From an uncultured Holophagales bacterium (GTDB lineage: Bacteria; Acidobacteriota; Thermoanaerobaculia; Multivoradales; UBA5704), in contig CAWJGT010000003.1 in NCBI GenBank assembly GCA_963842525.1, positions 1,600,001 through 1,664,000 on the forward strand: a stretch of 64,000 bases of DNA. The letters are read 5' to 3'. The notes beneath the pieces were generated by a model. The model saw only the letters and a program-made list of their open reading frames with translations, made no database searches and was not told where the DNA came from. This document shows, in pieces, positions 34,934-44,625 of the stretch (position 1 is its first letter; each line of letters opens with the position of its first letter). The position numbers and the translations under genes are program-made.

Positions 34934-35096
34934 GATCGATCCTCCTTGCAAAGGGGATCTGGAGAAGACGCGCAGCGCTGCGCCGGATCTGGTCATCGTC
35001 CTTGCCGGGCGAGCGCCGAGAATCCTCTGGCGCCTCTGCCGCGGGGGACAACGCCGCGGGAGGCTTCTCCTCCCCGTCTTGCGATAAGATGTCTCC

Positions 35097-35456
35097 ATGC
35101 GGCCGGTATTCGCGGATCCCAAGACCGACTTCGTCTTCAAACGCATCTTCGGCAGCGAAGTTCACAAACCGCTCCTCATCGAGCTCCTCAATGCCTTGCT
35201 GGATGAGCTCGACCTGTACGACCGTGCGAAGATCGCCGAGCAGGATGCCCGCGGCGCCCTCAGCCTGGCCGAACGGCAGGGGCGCGAAGAGGGGCGGCAG
35301 GAAGGCCGTGCCGAGGGGCTGCGCGAAGCGATCCGTGACCTATGCCAGGCGTTTGAGATAGAGATTGACGCGGAGCGGGAAGCCCGGCTGGCCGGCATGG
35401 GGGTCGGCGAGCTGAAGGAGCTGCAGGCCCGCTTGTTGCGCGAGCCGCTGTGGTAG
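35097..35456 (+). CDS. Internally deleted Rpn / PD-(D/E)XK nuclease-2 paralog
   Basis: First 35 aa identical and C-terminus near-identical to 61940-62902; catalytic core missing in frame. Confidence 0.85.
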   Translation: MRPVFADPKTDFVFKRIFGSEVHKPLLIELLNALLDELDLYDRAKIAEQDARGALSLAERQGREEGRQEGRAEGLREAIRDLCQAFEIEIDAEREARLAGMGVGELKELQARLLREPLW

Positions 35457-35468
35457 GAGCTGAAGCAG

Positions 35469-35897
35469 ATGAAAACCCTCGAAGAGATTGAAGAAGAGGA
35501 ACGTTACGTTCCTGTGCCCAGGATCGATCCCAAGGACTCGGAAGATTACGCCGTCTTTCGCGAGACGTTCCTTCAGTATTTGGGGGCGAACGCGGCCGTT
35601 TCTGCTTTCAGGAAGTTTGGAATGGCCCTGAACGACCTCGCCGTTGAGCGATCCCCGCCCGCCCAGGTCTCCGCAGACGACCCAACCGCCGAGGAACTGC
35701 GGGCGGTCGTGGCCGATCTTCGTTTTCTTCAGGGCCATCTTCGAAACATCATTGACATCAGGGATCACTCCAATCTCCCCCGCCGCGAGGCGCGTCTGTG
35801 CCGGTTCGCGACCCGGATGGCCGAAAAAGTCGGGAAGCTCGCCGACGAGATCGAAAAGATGCTCGCGGAAGAGCCTCCGGAGAGCGAAAAACCCTGA
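35469..35897 (+). CDS. Hypothetical helical protein
   Basis: 142-aa ORF, AGGAG upstream, plausible composition. Confidence 0.6.
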   Translation: MKTLEEIEEEERYVPVPRIDPKDSEDYAVFRETFLQYLGANAAVSAFRKFGMALNDLAVERSPPAQVSADDPTAEELRAVVADLRFLQGHLRNIIDIRDHSNLPRREARLCRFATRMAEKVGKLADEIEKMLAEEPPESEKP

Positions 35898-36284
35898 ACC
35901 TCTGAAGGTCGGGACGCAGGGCATCGCCACAGTCAGGCGTGCTCAACACAAACCAGCTCACCCGAATGACGCGGTCGCACGAACCGCAGGCCGGTGTGGC
36001 GCCTCGTAGCGGCCATGCAGAGTTACGGGATCGCCCGGCTGCTTACGTTCTACGTCGGTCACTTCCGCAGCCTGCCGGTCACGATCCTCGACCCCGCTTC
36101 GCCGTGATCGGAGAGGTCGGGCTCCAAAACTGCATAGCGAGCAGCCCCGAGGACGAGCAACCGCCCGCTCTCCGGTCCCTGCCTCGATCTGCCGAAGAGG
36201 CTGATGATCCTCTAGAAGGCTCCTCCCTTCTGACGAGCCGCGATAGGGCTCGTCGGGAGAACCAATCCCTGAAAGGAGGAGCGT

Positions 36285-37232
36285 ATGGGACTGTACTGTG
36301 GAATCGACTTGCATTCAACCAACAGCTATCTCGTCGTGATGAACGAGCAACTGCAATCGGTCCTCAGCAGACGGGTGCCCAACCGTCTGGAGGCCGTCGT
36401 GGAAGCCCTGGAGCCCTTCCGGGAGCAGACCCAGGCGATCGCCGTGGAGTCCACCTTCAACTGGTACTGGTTGGTGGATGGCCTCATGGAGGCCGGCTAC
36501 GAGGTTCGCCTGGTCAACACCTCCGCGGTTCGCCAGTACGAGGGCTTGAAGTACGTCGATGATCGCCATGACGCCCGGTGGCTGGCGCGCCTGCTCCACC
36601 TCAACATTCTGCCCACCGGCCACATCTATCCGAAAAAGGAACGTGCTGTGCGAGATCTGCTGCGCCGCCGAACTTTTCTGGTGCGACAGCGCACCGCCAG
36701 CTTGCTGAGCGTCAAAAACGTCTTCTCGCGCTACACCGGGGTTCAAGTTTCCCTCAACGAGCTCAAGCGCATGACGGCCGAGCAGGTCGAGGAGCAGTTC
36801 ACGGACCCACACATCGCCTTGACGATCACGAGCAGCCTGGCGATCGCCCGCACCCTGAAAGACCAAATCTCCGGCATCGAGAAAGCTGTTCTCAAACAGG
36901 CCAAGCTGAGGCCCGAATTCGAGCTGCTCGAGAGCATTCCCGGCATCGGTTTGACCCTTGCCCTGACCATCATGTACGAGACCGGCTCCATTGCTCGCTT
37001 TGCCGAGGCCGGCCACTTCTCCTCCTACTGCCGCTGTGTACCCAGCCAGCACCTCAGCAACGGCAAGGTCAAGGGCTCCGGCAACGTGCGCAATGGCAAC
37101 CCGTACCTGTCCTGGGCGTTCACGGAGGCCTCGCACTTCGCCATCCGGTTCGAGCCCCTCGCCAAGCGTCTCTACGAGCGCAAGCGGGCCAGGACCAACG
37201 AGCTGGTCGCCCTGCTGTCCGGCGTCAACTAG
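36285..37232 (+). pseudogene. IS110 family transposase, 3'-truncated by IS21 at 37216
   Basis: GIDLH, VEST, DDRHDA (DEDD), SIPGIG, SNGK, GNPYLSWAF; last residues come from the IS21 end. Confidence 0.88.
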
Positions 37233-37457
37233 ATTTGAGGGTCGGCGACAATTAGAACTGCGGGATCCTCCTCCAGTTCGTGTCAACACTCCTACGGGGG
37301 GCGGGGGGGCTTCTTTTAGGGGGCCAGGTGGGGGCTGGTCGGTTTTTGACCTCCTTCCGGGGGCAGGGACTTAGCAGGGAAGGATGCCCGCAGCTGCGGG
37401 CATCCTTCAGCGATTGCAATTATGCGCCGTAACATGGCCTATCCAAGCTCCGGAAGC

Positions 37458-38234
37458 TCATGCCCCGCGGGCCCCCTTGGCTCCTGCAGCTCTCTCCTTG
37501 GCCGCCTGCGCCCGGTAGCTCTCGATGCTCAGCTCCAGGATCACCGAATGATGGACGATCCGATCCACCGCGGCCGCCGTCGTCATCGGGTCCTTGAAGA
37601 TCTGCTCCCACTTGCTGAACACCAGGTTGCTGGTGATCAGCACCGAGCGCCTCTCGTACCGCTCGGCGATCAGGGTAAACAGAACCTCCATCTCCTCGCG
37701 GCTTTGCTCGACGTAGCCGAGGTCGTCCAGGATCAGGGCTTCGAATCGGTCCAGCCGCTTCAGCTCGGCCGCCAGACGCAGATCCCGCTTCGCGGCCAGA
37801 AGCCGCTGGACGATCTGATACGTCGGGGAAAACAGCACCGTCCGGCCCCCGCGCACCAGCTCCTGGCCCAGACCGCAGACCAGGTGCGACTTGCCCGTCC
37901 CAGGGTTGCCAAACACGATCAGATTGGTGGCTTGGTCCAGAAACGAGCCGTCCTGAAGAGCGGCCAGGGCCGCCCTGGCCTTGGGCGGAAGCCGGCCTAC
38001 CTCGAAGCCCGCCAGGCTCTTTTCCCGCGGCAGCCTGGACTCCTGAAGCAGTCTCTCGACCCGGCGCTCGCACCGTTCGCTGGCCTCTTGCTCGGCAAGG
38101 GCCAGAAGATACCCCTCGTGGGTGAGCCCCCCACGCACCGCCTGAGCGGCCACCGTCGCGTACTCCCGGGCGAAGGTCGGCAGGCACAACGACTTCAGCA
38201 GCAGCGGCAACCCCGCCTCGCTGGCCGGCTTCAC
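37458..38234 (-). CDS. istB: IS21 helper ATPase
   Basis: GNPGTGKSHL, LILDDLGY, ERYERRS, ITSN, AAVDRIVHHS. Confidence 0.95.
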   Translation of the reverse strand: MKPASEAGLPLLLKSLCLPTFAREYATVAAQAVRGGLTHEGYLLALAEQEASERCERRVERLLQESRLPREKSLAGFEVGRLPPKARAALAALQDGSFLDQATNLIVFGNPGTGKSHLVCGLGQELVRGGRTVLFSPTYQIVQRLLAAKRDLRLAAELKRLDRFEALILDDLGYVEQSREEMEVLFTLIAERYERRSVLITSNLVFSKWEQIFKDPMTTAAAVDRIVHHSVILELSIESYRAQAAKERAAGAKGARGA

Positions 38235-39706
38235 AGGCCACCTCCTGCCGCGGCGATGCACTCGTCGTAGACCCGCAGGTCCGGAGGATCGATCCGGCAC
38301 ACCGGCGGCTCCAGGCGCACCGGCCGAAGGGCCGTCTGTACCTGCGCGAAGTCCCGCAGCTCGCCGCCCTCCAACAGGGCCGAAAGCGCACCCTCCACCG
38401 CGCTTTCTCCCGTGCTCGCCGCCAGGTGCAGAATCCGCACATACTCCACGTCCGCCCGCGCTCCGTGACGCCCCTCCAGCGCATCATAGGTCTGCCGGAA
38501 AACCAAGCTCGGAAACAGCGCCTCCCGGTACCGGTAGCGCGCGAACGCTCCCGGCTTGCGGATCAACGACCAGATCAGGTGGCGATAGTCGATGGCGGCG
38601 TGACCGCGGCCCCGCAGGCGCTCCATCTCGGCCACCCGCTCACCGGCAAAGTGCACCTCGATCCGCTCCGCATACAGCCGAATGTCCACCCACTCGCCGA
38701 TCAACCGCGAGGCCACCGAGTAGACGTTGTTGGCCACCCGCAGGGTCGAAAACACGCTGACCCGCACCCGCTCCCGCCGGAAGTCGTCCAGGCGCGACAG
38801 CGGCAGATCCCTCATCCGCTCCAGCTCCTCGCGCAGCTTGACGGCTCGGCCACGGTTGCGCCCCGAAAAGATCTCACCCAAAAACACCTCGTACGCGGCG
38901 CGGCTCGAAAACTCCCGGCCCCCCCGCAGCAGAAGCGCCTGCTGGACAGCCCGCTTGAAGCGGTGGTGCGCCTGCTCCACATCGCCGTTTTCGTGGCCAC
39001 GCCCAGGGGTGTTGCAGTCGGGCTGGACCTGGTAGTGCGCCAGCGCACCCAGGTAGCGCTCGTTGAACGTCCGGCCCCCCTCGCCCAGCTCGTGGGTGGC
39101 CGCCGAAAGGTTGTCCGTCCGGTGTAGCTTCGGCACCTTGCTCAACTCCCAGACGGCGGCCTGGAAACCCCCGATGAGAGCCTCGAAACTCTCCGAAAAG
39201 CAGATCCCGCCCGTCTCCCAGTTCGAATACGGCAACACGAAGTGGAACATCAGGTGGTCGAACGGCTCGCCCCCGAGGCAAATCCCCAGCTCCGTCATGC
39301 TCGTGAAGTCGCTCTGGGCGTACTCCCCCGGCCGGTGTTCCTGCGCGAACATGACCTCCCGCTCGGGACCCTGCGACGCCCGCCAACGGCGGATCCGCCG
39401 CTGCAATGTACGCAGCTGACCGTCCGAAAAGCTCAGCTCCGGCCGCCCCCTCAGCAGCTCGAAGATCGTCACCGCCTCCAGGCCGGGCGCCTGCTTGAGC
39501 ATCCCTTCGATCTCCGGCCACACCCCGGCAAACGGGTCCGGCCGGGTCCGATACTGCCGCATGACCTTGCGCTGGCCCGGAAGCGCACCCTCGCGATACC
39601 GCCGTGCCGTGTTCTCACTCATCCCAGAGCGCAGAGCTGCGCTCGACAGCGACTCTCCCTTGCCAAGTTCCATCCTCAACCTCCTTACCTACTTATCCGT
39701 CAACAT
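38231..39706 (-). CDS. istA: IS21 transposase (TAG at codon 6; possible restart at 39679/39673)
   Basis: RTRPDPF, RTLQRR, AQSDFT, RTDN, ENGDVE, YSVASRLIG. Confidence 0.9.
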
Positions 39707-39888
39707 CAGCCCCCCAATTCATGAGGGGCAAGAGCCTACGGGACAAGCGTTTACGAGGACTGGAACCCCGCAATTCTAATTGTCGTCACCCCGCAGTTCT
39801 AATTGTCGCCGAACAACCGGGAGGCGCGACGTCCAAAGACCGTGCTGGAGCAGGTGGAAATCGTGGAAAAGGTCCACAGCTCGATCCG

Positions 39889-40356
39889 CTATGTGCACAC
39901 TTTCCAGGGCGCCCTATAGTCAGAATAGGCAGGATCTCCGTAGAACTCCAAGATCATTTGTCGCAGTGATAAATTATTGGCGCCGCGGCCCGCTAATATT
40001 CTCATCGCATCGGTACCGTCAACACTCATGATGCCAAAAAGGAGGTGGGCAGGAGCTACTAAGTGGCCGAGCGTTTCGGCTTCATGTGCAGCATAGACAA
40101 GGACCTTCTTGACGTCCTCCGAGAGAGGAATCTCTCTCGTTAGGTGCTCGCGAACAGGTTCTGCCCCGAGCTCAGCGCGGATGCCATTGGCTTCTATGCC
40201 GTATCGTCGAAATATTTCTGAAACGACATCGTCTTCGATCTCGAAGAGCCCTAAGAGGATATGGTGAGTGTCAATCATCTCCCAGGCAAGTTGGTTCGCT
40301 GCGGACCGAGAAAAGAACAAAGCGAGCTTCGCCTTTTCGTTAAATTTTTCGAACAT
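39889..40356 (-). CDS. Stand-alone Clp N-terminal repeat domain protein
   Basis: MFEKFNEKAKLALFF...HILLGL...PLSEDVKKVL.YA.HEAE aligns to the first ~145 aa of ClpC at 24127; no ATPase. Confidence 0.85.
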   Translation of the reverse strand: MFEKFNEKAKLALFFSRSAANQLAWEMIDTHHILLGLFEIEDDVVSEIFRRYGIEANGIRAELGAEPVREHLTREIPLSEDVKKVLVYAAHEAETLGHLVAPAHLLFGIMSVDGTDAMRILAGRGANNLSLRQMILEFYGDPAYSDYRAPWKVCT

Positions 40357-40560
40357 CTATTCCCTCCGCTTCATGATAGCTAGGTCGAGCATGCTTGCTC
40401 ATTCCGGCCGCTATGCTGTACTGGAGCGCTGAGACCACTAGCTATCGATACAAATATCAGTTTACGAGACTTTGGCATCCTCGTCAACGTGCGGCTGATT
40501 CCTCCTCGCGACCGCGGATAAGGCACTCGTTGCCGAGGCGCCGATAGCAAACGCATGGCA

Positions 40561-42591
40561 GTGCGACACGAAGGGAGGTCTGATGTGAGCTGATTTGCAG
40601 ATTACAGAGAGACCTCCTGGGTCTCGAAGGCCAGCGGGTGGAAGTCCCGCCCGGGGAATTGTCGGTTCGCCCGGTAGCCACTGGAGCAGCCGAGCTCGAG
40701 CAATCGTCCGGCTGAAGCCTCCGGGGAAGTCCTCGGTGCAACCGAGGTGCAAATGCGCAGGCCGAAAAGCACGTGAACCCTGAGCAGGCCTCGATAGTTT
40801 CTCGCTGGAGCCGACCCTCCTGCCATAAGGGGAAGGCCGTCGGGGGGTGGGGGAGCAACCGACCGAAGAACCCGTCCTCTCCAGCCGGGGTAGTGGGGTC
40901 AGCATGCGCAGACAAGGTCTTTGAGGCAACGTGTGAGATCCACATAGGTGGTGGGTCGCGGCCACCAACCGAGGTGATCTGAAATGGTCAGCCTCGGGCC
41001 GTGTGGAAGTCGGAGGGGCCCATGGTACCGAGGAAGCGCCGGTGGAGGGACGGAGCCCTGGTTCGGGCATGCTTCTCAACGAGAAGGAGACCGGGAATTG
41101 ACGATGAGTCTAGAACCCGATCAAGTCGAGCGACTCCGGAAGAAGCTGTATGAGAAGGCCAAGCGGGAGCCAGACTTTCGGTTCTACACGCTGTACGACA
41201 AGGTGTGCTGGGCGGAAACCCTGGAGAGGGCCTACCGACAGGCGAAAGCCAACGACGGAGCGCCCGGAGTCGACGGGGTCCGGTTTGAGGACATTGAGGC
41301 GTACGGTGTAGAGCGGTGGCTGGCCGAGCTTCGGCAGGAACTGGTGGAAGAGACCTACCGCCCCCAACCGGTGCGGCGGGTGATGATCCCGAAGCCCGGC
41401 GGAGGCGAGCGTCCCCTCGGAATCCCGACCATCAGGGATCGGGTGGTGCAGACCGCCGTCGTGCTGATCCTTGAGCCGATCTTCGAAGCTGATTTCGAGG
41501 ACAACGTCTATGCCTACCGGCCGGAGCGCAGTGCGCACGGCGCACTGGCCGAGGTGCAGGGGCGGTTGTATGGAGGCCAGCAGCACGTCGTAGATGCCGA
41601 CGTGACGAAGTACTTCGACACCATCCCCCACGCCGAGCTGTTGCAGAGCGTGGCCCGGCGGGTGGCCGACGGGAAGATCCTGCATCTGCTCAAGCTGTGG
41701 CTGAAATCCCCGGCGGAAGAGAGGGATGAGAGGGGAAACCGGCGGATAACAGGCGGCAAGAAGAGCAAGCGGGGGACTCCTCAAGGCGGAGTTGTTTCAC
41801 CTCTGATGGCTAACATCTACATCAACCGTCTTCTGCGCCACTGGAGGAAGACCGGGGCGACGCAACGGTTGGGACAGATCGTCTCCTATGCCGATGACTT
41901 CGTGATTGTCTGCGCAAGCCGCCGCCAGGCCGAAGAAAGTCTGGCGCTGGTATCGCGCTGGTTGGCGAAGCTCGGGCTGACGCTTCATCCCACCAAAACG
42001 CGCCTCTGTCACGCCCGAGAAGAGCCGTTTGACTTCCTGGGCTACACCTTCGGGCCGGTGCGGCACTGGCTGAGCGGGAAGAGATTCATCTCGGCTCGGC
42101 CATCCAAGAAGGCCCAGAAGAGGCTCAAGGAGAAGATCAACATCCGGCTACGCCGGGGAAACCCAACCCCTTGGCCCAAGCTGCGAGACCGGCTCAACCG
42201 ACTCCTGTCGGGGTGGGCCGAGTACTTCAGCTTCGGTTTTACGGGCCAAGCTGACACAGCCATCAGCTGGCACGTGCGGGCACGGGTTCGGCGATTCCTC
42301 TGCCGGCGGCATAAGCTGCGCGTCAGCGGAACCAGCCGATTCAGCTACTCTGAGATCCATGGCAAGGCGGGAGTGATCGACATCCGCCAGAGGCGCCTGC
42401 AAGGAAGTCCCGTGCATGCCCTCTCGTGAAGCCCGTCCGAGAGCCGGATGCGGGAGATCCGCAAGTCCGGTTCGATGAGCGGCGGTGGGAAACGGAGACA
42501 CGGCCGAGACTGAGGCACCGGCGAGTGGCGAAAGCCGCCGGAAACAGCTACTCCCTCGACCTACAGACACCGCGCCCGCCGCCGACTCTAC
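40561..42591 (+). mobile_element. Group II intron (ribozyme plus RT/maturase ORF)
   Basis: 5' GTGCG; domain V GAGCCGGATGCG...GTCCGGTTC after the ORF; 3' ...ACTCTAC; candidate EBS1 TGCCAT (40821) pairs with exon ATGGCA (40555). Confidence 0.9.
41104..42429 (+). CDS. ltrA: Group II intron reverse transcriptase/maturase, no endonuclease domain
   Basis: APGVDG, RPLGIPTIRDR, GTPQGG..SPL, YADD, FDFLGY, domain X GWAEYF. Confidence 0.95.
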   Translation: MSLEPDQVERLRKKLYEKAKREPDFRFYTLYDKVCWAETLERAYRQAKANDGAPGVDGVRFEDIEAYGVERWLAELRQELVEETYRPQPVRRVMIPKPGGGERPLGIPTIRDRVVQTAVVLILEPIFEADFEDNVYAYRPERSAHGALAEVQGRLYGGQQHVVDADVTKYFDTIPHAELLQSVARRVADGKILHLLKLWLKSPAEERDERGNRRITGGKKSKRGTPQGGVVSPLMANIYINRLLRHWRKTGATQRLGQIVSYADDFVIVCASRRQAEESLALVSRWLAKLGLTLHPTKTRLCHAREEPFDFLGYTFGPVRHWLSGKRFISARPSKKAQKRLKEKINIRLRRGNPTPWPKLRDRLNRLLSGWAEYFSFGFTGQADTAISWHVRARVRRFLCRRHKLRVSGTSRFSYSEIHGKAGVIDIRQRRLQGSPVHALS

Positions 42592-42829
42592 CCTCTTGGG
42601 GCAGACCAGCTCAAGGCTGGCGATCGGAATGCACGGTTCCCGGCAGGGAGCTTTGCTCATCTGCCGTTTGTCAGCGATCAGTCACCCCACAGTCTCATTC
42701 CCGTACCCGGGTAGCCGGGCTCGCCAAATCTCAAAACTCCCGTCTATACCTCTACCCGGTCGGGCAGAGTTGCGCCCGCAATGCACCAGGTCTGCTCGAG
42801 ATCCTGACGTTCAGCAAGAAAATTCGCGG

Positions 42830-43597
42830 TCACCCCCATTTTCGGTGTGTCCACTCCTGGGCGAGGGCGAACCCACCACCCTCCTCGCCGATGCGGTGAG
42901 AGACCGGGACGCGCACCCCCTGGAGGCGGATCTCGGCATGGCTCATCCAGCCTGCGCCCGCCTCGCCCATCACCGGCAGGTTGCGCACCAGCTCGAAGCC
43001 GGGCGCGTCGCACGGGACCAGGACCATGCTGGCCCGCCCGTGCGGAGGCGCCGCGGGATCGGTCACCGCCATGACGATGCAGAACGCCGCTCCCTCGGCC
43101 GACGAGGTGAACCACTTGTGGCCGTCGACGACGTAGTCGTCGCCCTCGCGGCGGGCCGTCGTCCCCATCCAGAACGGGTTCGAGCCGGCGAACTCGGGCT
43201 CCGTCATCCCGAAGCAGCTCCGGATCTCGCCGCGGGCGAGAGGCCGCAGCCAGCGCTCCTTCTGCTCCTCCGATCCTTGCGCGAGCAGAAGCTCCATATT
43301 GCCGGCGTCGGGAGCCTGGCAATTGCACACGTAGTGGCCGAGCGGGCTGCGGCCCAGCACTTCGCTCAGGTGGGCGAACTCAAGCAGCGACAGCCCGGCC
43401 CCGCCCTGCTCCCGCGGCAGATGGGGGACCGAGAACCCCATCTCCCGTGCCCGCTCGCGCAGCCGGTCGAGCTCCCCCTGGATCGCGCCGAAGCCCTCCG
43501 CAAAGAGCCGCCGCTCCAGAGGCACGACCTCCTCTTCCAGGAAGTCGCGCAGCCTGGACGCCAGGCTCTGGATCCGCTCGGGGACGGTGAAGTCCAT
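42830..43597 (-). pseudogene. Acyl-CoA dehydrogenase, 3'-truncated at ~42854
   Basis: NCQAPDAGNME, FGMTEP, GHKWFTS, GFALAQE, then unrelated sequence and stop; C-terminal helical domain absent. Confidence 0.85.
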
Positions 43598-43633
43598 GCG
43601 CGGGAGCATAGCGCGGATAGAATTGCCGCCGTA

Positions 43634-44455
43634 ATGCTCCCCCGTCCGGTCCTGCTCACCCTGGTTCTCCTCGTCACCCTGCTCCTGCTGACCGGCTGCC
43701 TCCGCCTGCTCTCCCGCTCCATGATGTATCCCGGCTCGCCGGTGCCCTTTCCGCCGGAGGCTGAGCTGGCCCGTCTCTTCCCCCAGGCGCGCCTCGTGGA
43801 CTACCAGGCAACGGACGGCGTCCGCCTGAAGGGAGCCCTCTTCCAGAGGCCGGGCTCGCAAGCGCCGCTGGTCGTCCATTTCCACGGCAACGCCGAGTCC
43901 GCCGCGCAGAACCTGGACTTCGCGGAAGAGCTTTTCAACCGGGGCCTCGACGTCTTCCTGGCCGAGTACCGAGGCTTTGGGGGCCTCCCGGGCCGGCCGA
44001 CCGAATCGAACCTCTACGCAGACGGAGAAGGAGCACTGAAGGCACTCCAGGCCGCCGGCATCCCGCCGGAGCGGATCGTCCTCCTCGGCCGCTCCCTCGG
44101 CTCAGGCATCGCCACCGAGCTGGCCGTCCGCCATCCCTGCCACCAACTCATCCTGGTTTCCCCCTATACCTCCATGGTCGACATGGGCAAGAGGATCGCC
44201 GGTCCCCTCGCCAACTTCGCCGTGGCGGACCGCTACGACAACTTGGCCAAGATCGGCCGCGTGCGCTGTCCGGTGGTCATCCTCCACGGCACCCGGGATG
44301 AGGTGGTCCCGATCCGCATGGGCCGGAAGCTCGCCGCGGCGGCTGGGGCGAAGCTCGTCGAAGTGCCGGAGGCGAGCCACAATGTGTTTCCGGGGTTGGA
44401 GGAGCGGGTGGCGGGGGTGGTGGCTCATGTCCTTGGAGGCGAGACGCCCCGCTAG
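43634..44455 (+). CDS. Alpha/beta hydrolase, probable lipoprotein
   Basis: LTGC lipobox, FHGNAE, YRGFG, GRSLG, HGTRDEVVP, SHN. Confidence 0.88.
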   Translation: MLPRPVLLTLVLLVTLLLLTGCLRLLSRSMMYPGSPVPFPPEAELARLFPQARLVDYQATDGVRLKGALFQRPGSQAPLVVHFHGNAESAAQNLDFAEELFNRGLDVFLAEYRGFGGLPGRPTESNLYADGEGALKALQAAGIPPERIVLLGRSLGSGIATELAVRHPCHQLILVSPYTSMVDMGKRIAGPLANFAVADRYDNLAKIGRVRCPVVILHGTRDEVVPIRMGRKLAAAAGAKLVEVPEASHNVFPGLEERVAGVVAHVLGGETPR

Positions 44456-44625
44456 CCCCCCATTTTTCTCGGAATGGTGTCCAACAAGAAGGACGACTGG
44501 CAGGAGAAGCGCGCCTATTCCGACCGCTGCGTGCGGCAGGGCGGTCCTGTGGCTCGGCCGAGCTGCTGAGCTAAAATCCTTCGGGCCGAAGGCTCAAAGG
44601 ATCGGAGACTGCACCCGGAGGCCGT

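Larger units (their letters stand above)
37216..39815 (-). mobile_element. IS21 family insertion sequence
   Basis: TG...CA ends with tandem CGACAATTAGAA(C/T)TGCGGG-type repeats inverted at both termini; istA-istB inside. Confidence 0.93.

Noticed and set aside
35900-36150. Possible gene remnant between the hypothetical protein and IS110
   Set aside because: No recognisable motif in any frame
41104-42429. RT as a retron, DGR or defence RT
   Set aside because: Domain X, domain V/VI RNA and GTGCG...AC boundaries identify a group II intron; the duplicated segments in the window do not show adenine-specific variation
43600-43642. Inverted repeat GGGAGCAT...ATGCTCCC giving both divergent genes an MLPR start
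   Set aside because: Only 8 bp; may be chance or a minor operator; not supportable
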